From Pyrinomonadaceae bacterium (GTDB lineage: Bacteria; Acidobacteriota; Blastocatellia; Pyrinomonadales; Pyrinomonadaceae): a DNA stretch of 64,000 nucleotides. The notes beneath the pieces were generated by a model. It had not been told where the DNA came from, did not search any database, and saw only the letters and a list, made by a program, of their open reading frames with translations. Where the stretch lies: assembly GCA_035639235.1 (NCBI GenBank), contig DASQYL010000229.1:7-64006 (forward strand), read 5' to 3'. The stretch's first letter is position 1, and the number at the start of each line of letters is the position of its first letter. The position numbers and the translations under genes are program-made. Shown piece after piece: positions 56,526 through 64,000 of the stretch.

Positions 56526-57047
56526 CTATTCGTCTCCACGCGGTCCACCGGGTCCACGGCGCATGCCGTGATTGGCTTTGAACTGCGCTTTCAACTGATC
56601 GAGCTGGGTCTTCTGCTCAGGCGTCAAAACGGAGAGCATCTGCTGACGGAGTTGAAATCTCGCACCCATCAGCTTGGCTTGCAAGCCCGCCATGTCCGTT
56701 AACTTCTGAGTAGCCAGCGCTTCGTTGAACGTACCGCCTTCACTCGCCTGGCGCAACTCCTGCCGCTTCGACTTTAATTGATCGAACAGCGGTTTGTTGC
56801 TTTCCATAAAGCTCTGACGGATTTGGTTGATCTTTGCTTTCTGATCGTCAGTTAAATTAAGACGAGCAAAAATTCGCTCGGGGCCGAAGCCACGTCGCAT
56901 GCCCTGGCCCTGCCACGCGCCCCGACGGCCTTGCCTGTCGCCCTTCCCGTTTTTCACAGTCTGCGCGACCGCAATCGAACCAATTACCAAAATAACCGCG
57001 GAGAGAGAAGCTATTACCAACCACTTAAACTTCCCTAGTTTTTTCAT
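56526..57047 (-). CDS. periplasmic Spy/CpxP family (LTxxQ) protein
   Basis: Signal peptide. LNLTDDQKAKINQI and LTPEQKTQLDQL motifs. Confidence 0.75.
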   Translation of the reverse strand: MKKLGKFKWLVIASLSAVILVIGSIAVAQTVKNGKGDRQGRRGAWQGQGMRRGFGPERIFARLNLTDDQKAKINQIRQSFMESNKPLFDQLKSKRQELRQASEGGTFNEALATQKLTDMAGLQAKLMGARFQLRQQMLSVLTPEQKTQLDQLKAQFKANHGMRRGPGGPRGDE

Positions 57048-57336
57048 TCCAATTACTCCTTGTTCTAAGTATGAGGCTGCATGCCTCTCAGTGGGCCAGA
57101 CACCGAACGGGACGCGTCGGTTACGTCGATGGAGTCAGTACCATCTGCGTCAGCAGATGGAATAAAGGTCATCACGGCTGACGCTCTTGGTCCCACCCGC
57201 TGACGCGGGCGGTACTGACCTCATCCCAATGTGGTTCGCAGACTTGTAACGAGATTCAGATTCCTGGTGTCTAGCCGATTGAGCGCCGAATTTCCTGAGA
57301 TTTTGCGGCGCATTTTCAACAAGAACAGGAAAGATC

Positions 57337-59031
57337 ATGGCAACTGAATTCGTAGTACAGAGGCCGGTCGTAACCGGAGTTAATTTCGGGCGAGTCACTA
57401 GTTGGATTAAATCCGCCGGCGCGAAACTCCTTACTAAGAAGAAGCATTTAATGTTCGGCGGCGCGGCCATAATCGCTTTGGCGGCGGCTGGCTTTTATTT
57501 TTGGGGCGGCAGTGCCAGCGCTGCGCAATATCTGAGCGCCAAAGTCGAACGCGGCAATCTCCGCAACACGGTCACCGCAACGGGAACATTACAAGCAGTG
57601 ACGACCGTCCAGGTTGGCAGCCAGGCATCGGGAACGATTTCTGAACTGGATGCTGATTACAACTCGGTAGTAAAGAAAGGCGAAGTCATCGCACAACTCG
57701 ACCCGGCAGTTTCGAAGGCCCAAGTCGAGCAAGCGAAAGCCAATCTGCAACAGGCCCAGGCAAGTCTTCAACAAGCGAAGGCGGCCGTGGCAAATTCACG
57801 CGCGGGAGTTAGCGATGCGCGAGCTCGCGCGCAGGCGGCTGCTTCGACGGCGCAGAACAATCAGGCTGGCGTTGCGGGTGCGCAAGCCAATCTCGCAGTG
57901 CTTAAAGCGCAGGAAGACGATGCGGTGAGTTATCTGCAACAACAGCAATCGTTACAGAAGAACGGGGTCGTCGCGCAACGCGATGTTGATGTCGCGCAGA
58001 CGGCGTATCAAACAGCCAGGGCGAAATACGATCAGGGTGCGGCGCAATTGAATCAAGCCGTGCTAAGTCAACAAATGGCTGCCGGTTCCGGCATTGCGCA
58101 ATCGCAGGCGCAGGTGCAGCAATCGCAGGCGCAGGTCGGGCAGACGCAAGCACAGGTGCAAGCTGCCGAAGCGCAGGTGCAACAGGCGCAAGCCGCGTTA
58201 CAACTCGCTGAAGTTAATCTCGCGCATACGACGATCACCTCGCCGATCGACGGCGTCGTCGTATCTCGCGACGTGAACGTCGGCCAAACTGTGGCGGCGA
58301 GTTTGTCGGCGCCGACTTTGTTCACGATTGCGAACGATCTGACCAAGATGCAGGTCATCGCGAACATCGATCAAGCCGACATCGGTCTGGTTGAGAACGC
58401 AAAATCAGTAAAGTTCAGCGTCGATGCTTTTCCCGGCAAAGACTTCGACGGCAAGATCGAACAGATGCGTCTGAATCCGCAGAACGTGCAAAACGTCGTG
58501 ACTTATAACGTCGTAATCGACGTCGACAATCCCGACCAGAAATTGAAGCCAGGGATGACGGCGAACCTGACGATTACAATCGACGAACGCAGCAATGTTT
58601 TGAAGGTGCCGAACGCGGCGCTGCGATTTACGCCGGCGGATACCGGCACGCAGAAGGCCAGCGGTGGAAATGGAAACTCGCAAGGTCGCCGTCAGCAGAA
58701 TAGCAACGGTGCGACGGATGCATCGGCTAAGAGTCCGAATGGTGACGTGCAGTTTGCGCGCGCGACCGATCCGGTGCTCGCTGGTCAGACGCGAACCGTC
58801 TGGGTGTTAGGCCAGGATGGTCAGCCGCAACGACGGCGCATCAGGATTGGTTTGACTGACGGCGCTGCGACCGAGGTAGTTGAAGGAAACCTGGTCGAAG
58901 GCGAGATGGTGATCACGGGTCAGACGCTATCGAGCAGTGCTGCGAAGTCGAATGCAAATGCTAGTTCAGCGCCCGGATTCGGTGGAGCGCCGCGAACGGG
59001 TGGCCCGCCAGCCGGAGGCAGAGGTCGGTAA
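57337..59031 (+). CDS. efflux transporter periplasmic adaptor (MacA/HlyD family) with very long Gln/Ala-rich hairpin
   Basis: GTLQAVTTVQVGSQASGTI, ITSPIDGVVVSRDVNVGQTV and KPGMTANLTI motifs. Confidence 0.88.
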   Translation: MATEFVVQRPVVTGVNFGRVTSWIKSAGAKLLTKKKHLMFGGAAIIALAAAGFYFWGGSASAAQYLSAKVERGNLRNTVTATGTLQAVTTVQVGSQASGTISELDADYNSVVKKGEVIAQLDPAVSKAQVEQAKANLQQAQASLQQAKAAVANSRAGVSDARARAQAAASTAQNNQAGVAGAQANLAVLKAQEDDAVSYLQQQQSLQKNGVVAQRDVDVAQTAYQTARAKYDQGAAQLNQAVLSQQMAAGSGIAQSQAQVQQSQAQVGQTQAQVQAAEAQVQQAQAALQLAEVNLAHTTITSPIDGVVVSRDVNVGQTVAASLSAPTLFTIANDLTKMQVIANIDQADIGLVENAKSVKFSVDAFPGKDFDGKIEQMRLNPQNVQNVVTYNVVIDVDNPDQKLKPGMTANLTITIDERSNVLKVPNAALRFTPADTGTQKASGGNGNSQGRRQQNSNGATDASAKSPNGDVQFARATDPVLAGQTRTVWVLGQDGQPQRRRIRIGLTDGAATEVVEGNLVEGEMVITGQTLSSSAAKSNANASSAPGFGGAPRTGGPPAGGRGR

Positions 59032-59068
59032 CATCGAGGACGGAGCGACTTGGTAAGTCGAAAAAGTT

Positions 59069-59884
59069 ATGCAAGCACTTCAGGAAATCACAGCAGTCAA
59101 TCCGGCGGTCATTGGATCGATTCAAGTTACCGAACCGCGAGCCGTGATTGAGCTCGAGAATATTCACAAGACCTACACGATGGGTGATGTGCAGGTGCAT
59201 GCGTTGCGCGGAGTGTCGTTGACGATTCGCGAAGGCGAGTTTGTGGCGATCATGGGCGCATCGGGTTCGGGCAAATCGACGACGATGAATATCCTGGGCT
59301 GCCTCGATCGCCCGACGAAGGGAACGTACGTGCTTGACGGTCAGGATGTATCGGAGATGACGAAGGATGAACGCGCCGACATTCGTTCTCGCAAGATAGG
59401 TTTTGTGTTCCAGGGATTCAACCTGCTCTCGCGGACGTCGGCACTGGAGAATGTAGAACTGCCAATGCTCTATGCAGGCGTGAGCAGCGCGCAGCGTCAT
59501 CAGCGCGCGATGGAAAGTCTGGCCGCGGTAGGTCTTGCCGGCCGCGAACAGAACCACCCGAACCAATTATCAGGTGGTCAGCAGCAGCGCGTCGCCGTCG
59601 CGCGCGCGTTGGTCAACGATCCGGCACTGATTCTGGCCGATGAACCAACCGGTAATCTCGATTCGCGCACCTCGATCGAAGTGATGGAAATTTTTCAGCG
59701 TTTGAATCGGGACCGCGGCATTACGCTGATACTCGTAACGCACGAACCCGACATCGCGCAATATGCGCAGCGGGTCGTCGTTTTCAAAGACGGCAAGATC
59801 AAGAAAGATTCTCGCGTCGAAAATCAGCGTGATGCCGCGGAAGAGCTGAAGAACCTGCCGGCAGTTGAAGAAGATGAGGAATAG
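59069..59884 (+). CDS. ABC transporter ATP-binding protein (MacB/LolD type)
   Basis: [24 protein letters not shown] and [11 protein letters not shown]. Confidence 0.93.
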   Translation: MQALQEITAVNPAVIGSIQVTEPRAVIELENIHKTYTMGDVQVHALRGVSLTIREGEFVAIMGASGSGKSTTMNILGCLDRPTKGTYVLDGQDVSEMTKDERADIRSRKIGFVFQGFNLLSRTSALENVELPMLYAGVSSAQRHQRAMESLAAVGLAGREQNHPNQLSGGQQQRVAVARALVNDPALILADEPTGNLDSRTSIEVMEIFQRLNRDRGITLILVTHEPDIAQYAQRVVVFKDGKIKKDSRVENQRDAAEELKNLPAVEEDEE

Positions 59885-59964
59885 TCATGTCCCATCGGTC
59901 GCTTGTGCCCCATTCGTCGTTTGGGACAGAAGGGACCAATAGGACAAATAGCACAGATGCAACC

Positions 59965-61188
59965 ATGGATATCTTGAACATCATTCGGGTCGCTTTTAGA
60001 GCTTTGCAGCGTAACAAGATGCGCGCCGCGTTGACCATGCTCGGCATCATCATCGGCGTGTCAGCGGTGGTGGCGATGGTCAGCATCGGGCAGGGAGCAC
60101 AGGCAACGGTGCAGGCGCAAATCGACAGCATCGGCACGAACCTTTTGTTTGTGACGGCCGGTGCGCAGAACGTCGGTGGCGTGCGCAGTGGCACCGGTGA
60201 CACCGGCACGAACACTCTCACGGTCGACGATCTTGACGCGATCAAACGCGAGGTGCCCAGCGTCTCAATGGTCACGCCCGCTGTTAATTCGCGCGGCCAA
60301 CTCGTCGCCGGCAACATGAACTGGAACACTTCGATCCAGGGCGTCAGCGAAGAATATCCGGAAGTTCGCAAGTGGACAGTGCAAAGCGGCGCGTTCTTTA
60401 CCGATTCAGACGTACGCACCGCCGCGCGAGTGCTGGTAGTGGGCCAAACGATTGCCGACAATATGTTTGCCGGAACGGATCCGGTCGGTCAGACGATTCG
60501 CGTACAGAATCTGCCGTTCAGAGTTGTCGGAGTGATGGCGCGCAAAGGACAGGACCCACAAGGACGCGATCAGGACGACATCGCTTTTTCGCCGTATACG
60601 ACGGTGCAAAAGAAAATCCTGGGCAGCCCGCGTCTGCAGATCGCGTACGTCTCGGCCGTTTCGCCGGATGCAACTTATGCGGCGCAACAGCAGATCAGCG
60701 ATTTACTTCGGCAGCGACACAAGCTTGGTCCGAACGAGCCGGACGATTTCACTGTACGAAATATGAGCGATATCGCCGAAGCTGCGAATCAAACTAACAG
60801 CACCATGACAATGCTGCTCGCATGCATTGCCGGCGTGTCGTTGCTGGTCGGCGGGATCGGCATCATGAACATCATGCTGGTTTCGGTTACCGAACGAACG
60901 CGCGAGATCGGCATTCGCATGGCTATCGGAGCGCGCTCGTCCGCAGTGCGCAGTCAGTTCTTAATCGAATCGGTGGTGTTGAGTCTTACCGGCGGTCTAT
61001 TCGGGATTGTCCTCGGCATCGTCGTATCACTTGCGATTCCAAAGATGCTTGGCTGGCCCACGCTGATCTCAACTATGGCGATAATCGGTTCGGTGATCTT
61101 CTCAGTCGCAGTCGGAATCTTCTTTGGGTACTATCCGGCACGCAAAGCCGCTTCGCTCGATCCGATTGATGCGTTGCGATACGAGTGA
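59965..61188 (+). CDS. ABC transporter permease (MacB periplasmic domain plus FtsX domain)
   Basis: RNKMRAALTMLGIIIGVSAVV ... ERTREIGIRMAIGA ... YYPARKAASLDPIDALRYE. Start taken at ATG 59965; the ORF is open from 59887. Confidence 0.9.
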   Translation: MDILNIIRVAFRALQRNKMRAALTMLGIIIGVSAVVAMVSIGQGAQATVQAQIDSIGTNLLFVTAGAQNVGGVRSGTGDTGTNTLTVDDLDAIKREVPSVSMVTPAVNSRGQLVAGNMNWNTSIQGVSEEYPEVRKWTVQSGAFFTDSDVRTAARVLVVGQTIADNMFAGTDPVGQTIRVQNLPFRVVGVMARKGQDPQGRDQDDIAFSPYTTVQKKILGSPRLQIAYVSAVSPDATYAAQQQISDLLRQRHKLGPNEPDDFTVRNMSDIAEAANQTNSTMTMLLACIAGVSLLVGGIGIMNIMLVSVTERTREIGIRMAIGARSSAVRSQFLIESVVLSLTGGLFGIVLGIVVSLAIPKMLGWPTLISTMAIIGSVIFSVAVGIFFGYYPARKAASLDPIDALRYE

Positions 61189-61237
61189 GCACGCGCAGGT
61201 GGTGGTGAATTGCCATGTGGGCTAAGCTGCTATCTTC

Positions 61238-61753
61238 ATGATCGAGAAAGAAGAACCCAACCGATCGCGACAGACTAAAACCATTTCGCACATTGCCAGG
61301 AACCGTTTCTCACGTTACGCTCCGCTACTCGTCTGGGCTGCCCTGATCTTCATTGGATCGGGAAACGTTCTTTCGGCGGAACACACGTCGATCTTATTGG
61401 CGGCGGTCAGGTGGTTATTTCCGTCAGCCAGTGAAGCCTTCCTCGCGTCTCTTCATTTCGTAATCCGTAAAGCCGGACACCTGATCGAATATGCGATCCT
61501 CGCCATCCTGGCTGCCCGCGCGTTTCGCTATTCGTTCCATGCGTTCATCAAATCGCACTGGTTCGCGTTTGCATTGTTGGTGGCCGCCGCTTACTCGCTG
61601 ACCGATGAATTCCATCAGAGTTTCGTACCTGCGCGCACGGCTTCGATCTATGACTGCATGATCGATTCCGCCGGAGCGCTGATAGGGTTGATTATTATCT
61701 GGTTTTGGTATCGCGGCAGGCCGGCGGAGGTTGCAGAGCACGCGATGTCTTGA
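61238..61753 (+). CDS. VanZ family membrane protein
   Basis: KAGHLIEYAILAIL ... TDEFHQSFVPARTASIYD. Confidence 0.8.
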   Translation: MIEKEEPNRSRQTKTISHIARNRFSRYAPLLVWAALIFIGSGNVLSAEHTSILLAAVRWLFPSASEAFLASLHFVIRKAGHLIEYAILAILAARAFRYSFHAFIKSHWFAFALLVAAAYSLTDEFHQSFVPARTASIYDCMIDSAGALIGLIIIWFWYRGRPAEVAEHAMS

Positions 61754-61815
61754 ACATTGATTCGGCGTTCCGCGTATAATACCCAGGCCAGCAGGCTAAG
61801 GAGATCAAAAACAAA

Positions 61816-62883
61816 ATGGGAATTCTTGACCGGCTCAGTCCCAGCGCACAATTCATCGAAGTCATTGAATGGCTCGACAATACCGGCGACACGATGATGT
61901 ACCGGTTTCCGGTGCGCGATCAGGAAATCAAAAACGGCGCGCAGTTGATTGTGCGCGAATCGCAGGCGGCGGTGTTTGTGCACGAGGGCCAAATTGCGGA
62001 TGTGTTTGGCCCGGGCCGCTACAGCGTCGACGGCGGGAACACGCCGATTCTTTCGAAGCTCGGCGCGTGGCGGACGGGTTTCAACTCGCCGATGAAATCG
62101 GAAGTCTATTTCGTTAACACGAAACAGTTCACAGATCTGAAATGGGGAACGTCGAATCCCGTGATGATGCGCGACGCAGATTTCGGCATGGTGCGTTTAC
62201 GCGCCTTCGGAATTTATTCAATGCGAGTTGCCGACCCGCGCGAGTTGATCAAACAGATCGCCGGCACGAATGCACGCTTCGTCACCGAAGACATCGAGGG
62301 CCAGTTGCGACGCACATTGGTCAGCGGATTTTCCGATGCGCTCGGCGAATCAAAAATCGCCGCGCTCGATCTCGCTTCGAATTATGACGAGTTGGGCACG
62401 TTTGCCAGGAACAAACTTCAGGATGAATTCAAGACCCTGGGCCTCGAACTGACAAAGTTCACTGTCGAAAATATTTCGCTGCCCGAAGAAGTTGAGAAGG
62501 CGATGGATCAAAGGACGCAGATGGGCGTGCTCGGAGACATGGGCAAGTTCACGCAGTTTCAGGCGGCGCAAGCGATGCGCGATGCCGCACAAAATCCGGG
62601 CGGCGGAGCAGGACTCGGCGCCGGTCTCGGCGCAGGTTTCGCGGTCGGCGGCGCGATGGCCAACGCGATGAGCGACGCCATGCGTCCGCGGAACACGGCC
62701 AACGAATCTGTAGCCGCACCTTCGACGCAGAAGTGCGTGAAATGCGGCGCGTCTCTGCAAGCCGGCGCGAAATTCTGCAGCGAATGCGGGACCTCGCAAC
62801 TTCCCGCAAAGTGCCCGAACTGCCAGCACGAAATTTCTCCCGGCGCCAAGTTCTGTAACGAGTGCGGGACGAAGGTTGGATAA
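61816..62883 (+). CDS. SPFH-domain protein (YdjI / virion-core-like) with C-terminal double zinc ribbon
   Basis: FIEVIEW...YRFPV...I.NGAQLIVRESQAAVFV N-terminus. Gly/Ala linker. Two CxxC...FCxxCG ribbons. Confidence 0.8.
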   Translation: MGILDRLSPSAQFIEVIEWLDNTGDTMMYRFPVRDQEIKNGAQLIVRESQAAVFVHEGQIADVFGPGRYSVDGGNTPILSKLGAWRTGFNSPMKSEVYFVNTKQFTDLKWGTSNPVMMRDADFGMVRLRAFGIYSMRVADPRELIKQIAGTNARFVTEDIEGQLRRTLVSGFSDALGESKIAALDLASNYDELGTFARNKLQDEFKTLGLELTKFTVENISLPEEVEKAMDQRTQMGVLGDMGKFTQFQAAQAMRDAAQNPGGGAGLGAGLGAGFAVGGAMANAMSDAMRPRNTANESVAAPSTQKCVKCGASLQAGAKFCSECGTSQLPAKCPNCQHEISPGAKFCNECGTKVG

Positions 62884-62919
62884 GAGATCATAGTCGACTC
62901 GTGACAGCGATTAGACAGG

Positions 62920-62948
62920 GCCGGATGCCAATGGCGTCCGGCTTTTTT
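62920..62948 (+). terminator. intrinsic terminator after the SPFH gene
   Basis: Hairpin gccggatgcc-aat-ggcgtccggc followed by tttttt. Confidence 0.75.
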
Positions 62949-63289
62949 CTGGAAGTGGTTTCGCAGCTTTGTGCAACTTGCCTCGACGCGCGGCTTTGCT
63001 GCCTGCTTCCATCCAGCTTTCGTTCACGGTTTCAGGGCTTTGCCCGAGAATGGGCGTAGCCCTAATTCCATCGAGGCACTTGCCGGAAGGCCGAAGGCCT
63101 TCCGCACATCGGGCGGCGGAGCCGAATGAGCCTTGTAGAACTCCTTTCGTTCTATCAACGATCGAGTCTTTCAGCCGCAGATACCCAAATTCGCGCAAAT
63201 TGACCTCACCACCTGAGAGTTTTTCTCTTATACTGATCATCCCCGCTTCACCTGCCCTAACCTCTCAAAGATCCACAAGGAGGCATTCA

Positions 63290-64000
63290 ATGCAGGTTAC
63301 CCCTGAGTTCACGCGACGCGTGAAACGCATACCCTTAACGCTGCCCATTCAAGTTTTCTGCCGCGAGAGCCACGACTATGAATGGACCGAAACATCGCGA
63401 CTCATCGATGTCAGTCATTTCGGAGCGGGATTTACTTTGACGCGGCCGGTCGACGTCGGGCGGCTGATTCAATTAACAATTCCGATGCCGCAAAAACTGC
63501 GCTGCTTCGATCACAATGAAGCGGCGTACTCGGTCTGGAGTCTGGTGCGCCACGTGTCGCCGCTCTCAAAGGTGAATGGGCATGCGTCAACGTTGTTTCG
63601 CGTCGGCGTTGGTTTTATTGGGAAGGAAGCACCGGCCAGTTATCAGCAAGAGCCGACCGCCAGATACGAACCCGTGCCAGTTAAGATCGGGCAGAGTTCG
63701 AGTTGGCGTCTGGGCAAACTGGTCGCGGCCACCGAACGACGGGAGTCACGTCTGATCATTCCACTCGAAGTGCTGGTGGAAACACTCGATCAAGCTGGTA
63801 AGCCGGCGACGCAGGAATTTACCGTCACCGAAACGATCAGCAGTCTGGGAACCTGTGTGCCTACTAATCTTGGTGTGGGAGTGGGACGGATAGTGAAGGT
63901 CAGCAGCATCCGCGATCCCGTTTCGGTGTTCGCGGCAATCCGTTCACGCAAAGTTGCGAGTGACGGCATCGCGCGTCTGGGATTGGAATTTATCGCCGGC
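63290..64000 (+). CDS. tandem PilZ-domain protein (3' end beyond window)
   Basis: AAGGAGG RBS. RRVKRIP...DVSHFGAGF (RxxxR / DxSxxG), and a second RRESR...ETISSLG unit. The ORF is open to the window end. Confidence 0.65.
   Translation, partial: MQVTPEFTRRVKRIPLTLPIQVFCRESHDYEWTETSRLIDVSHFGAGFTLTRPVDVGRLIQLTIPMPQKLRCFDHNEAAYSVWSLVRHVSPLSKVNGHASTLFRVGVGFIGKEAPASYQQEPTARYEPVPVKIGQSSSWRLGKLVAATERRESRLIIPLEVLVETLDQAGKPATQEFTVTETISSLGTCVPTNLGVGVGRIVKVSSIRDPVSVFAAIRSRKVASDGIARLGLEFIAG

Noticed and set aside
58961-60461. Two minus-strand ORFs (201 and 220 aa) opposite the macB ATPase and permease genes.
   Set aside because: They are antisense shadows. The plus-strand frames carry Walker A/B, the ABC signature and FtsX motifs.
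62911-63240. A 109-aa minus-strand ORF in the SPFH-PilZ spacer.
   Set aside because: It has no RBS and no motif, and its 3' end runs through the plus-strand terminator hairpin. Coding is not supportable from sequence alone.

Overview
64-kb chromosomal window from a diderm, moderately GC-rich bacterium. Hand counts of 60-nt samples give about 57% GC in housekeeping genes. The taxon cannot be proven from sequence alone; the gene set and the many short palindromic repeats recall Acidobacteriota, which is a weak inference. I support about 75 protein genes, one tRNA-Leu(CAA) and one TPP riboswitch. No rRNA, CRISPR array, integrase or transposase was found.

Housekeeping content:
- pta and gpmI.
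- TPP riboswitch followed by thiC.
- The rpmH-rnpA-yidD-yidC cluster.
- A partial ATP synthase operon (b', b, delta, alpha, gamma) with a DUF1059 gene wedged between atpA and atpG. No a/c or beta/epsilon genes are present.
- Two tandem APC amino-acid permeases.
- Several secreted peptidases and hydrolases: S9, M20, retropepsin-like, esterase, MBL lactonase.
- An ECF sigma/anti-sigma operon bracketed by two Spy/CpxP-like proteins, divergent from a MacAB-type efflux operon, followed by VanZ, SPFH-zinc-ribbon and PilZ genes.

The most unusual region is 27.4-31.3 kb:
- An AT-richer OLD-family/PARIS-like ATPase-TOPRIM nuclease gene starts 1 nt after the thiC stop.
- It is followed by two ~96-nt direct repeats that bracket a stop-interrupted antitoxin remnant and a CX5R phosphatase.
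- Then comes a perfectly phased array of at least 13 tandem 21-bp units, directly upstream of a methyltransferase.

A second accessory patch lies at 38.9-41.3 kb. It holds an orphan 160-aa protein, a parDE-like pair whose toxin carries an in-frame TAG, and two divergent paralogues flanking a Lys-rich twin-CX3C miniprotein.

The window is peppered with several families of hairpin or MITE-like repeats. Some sit inside functional RNA or coding sequence: within the TPP aptamer, in frame in thiC, and in the rnpA tail. All three toxin-antitoxin remnants are inactivated.
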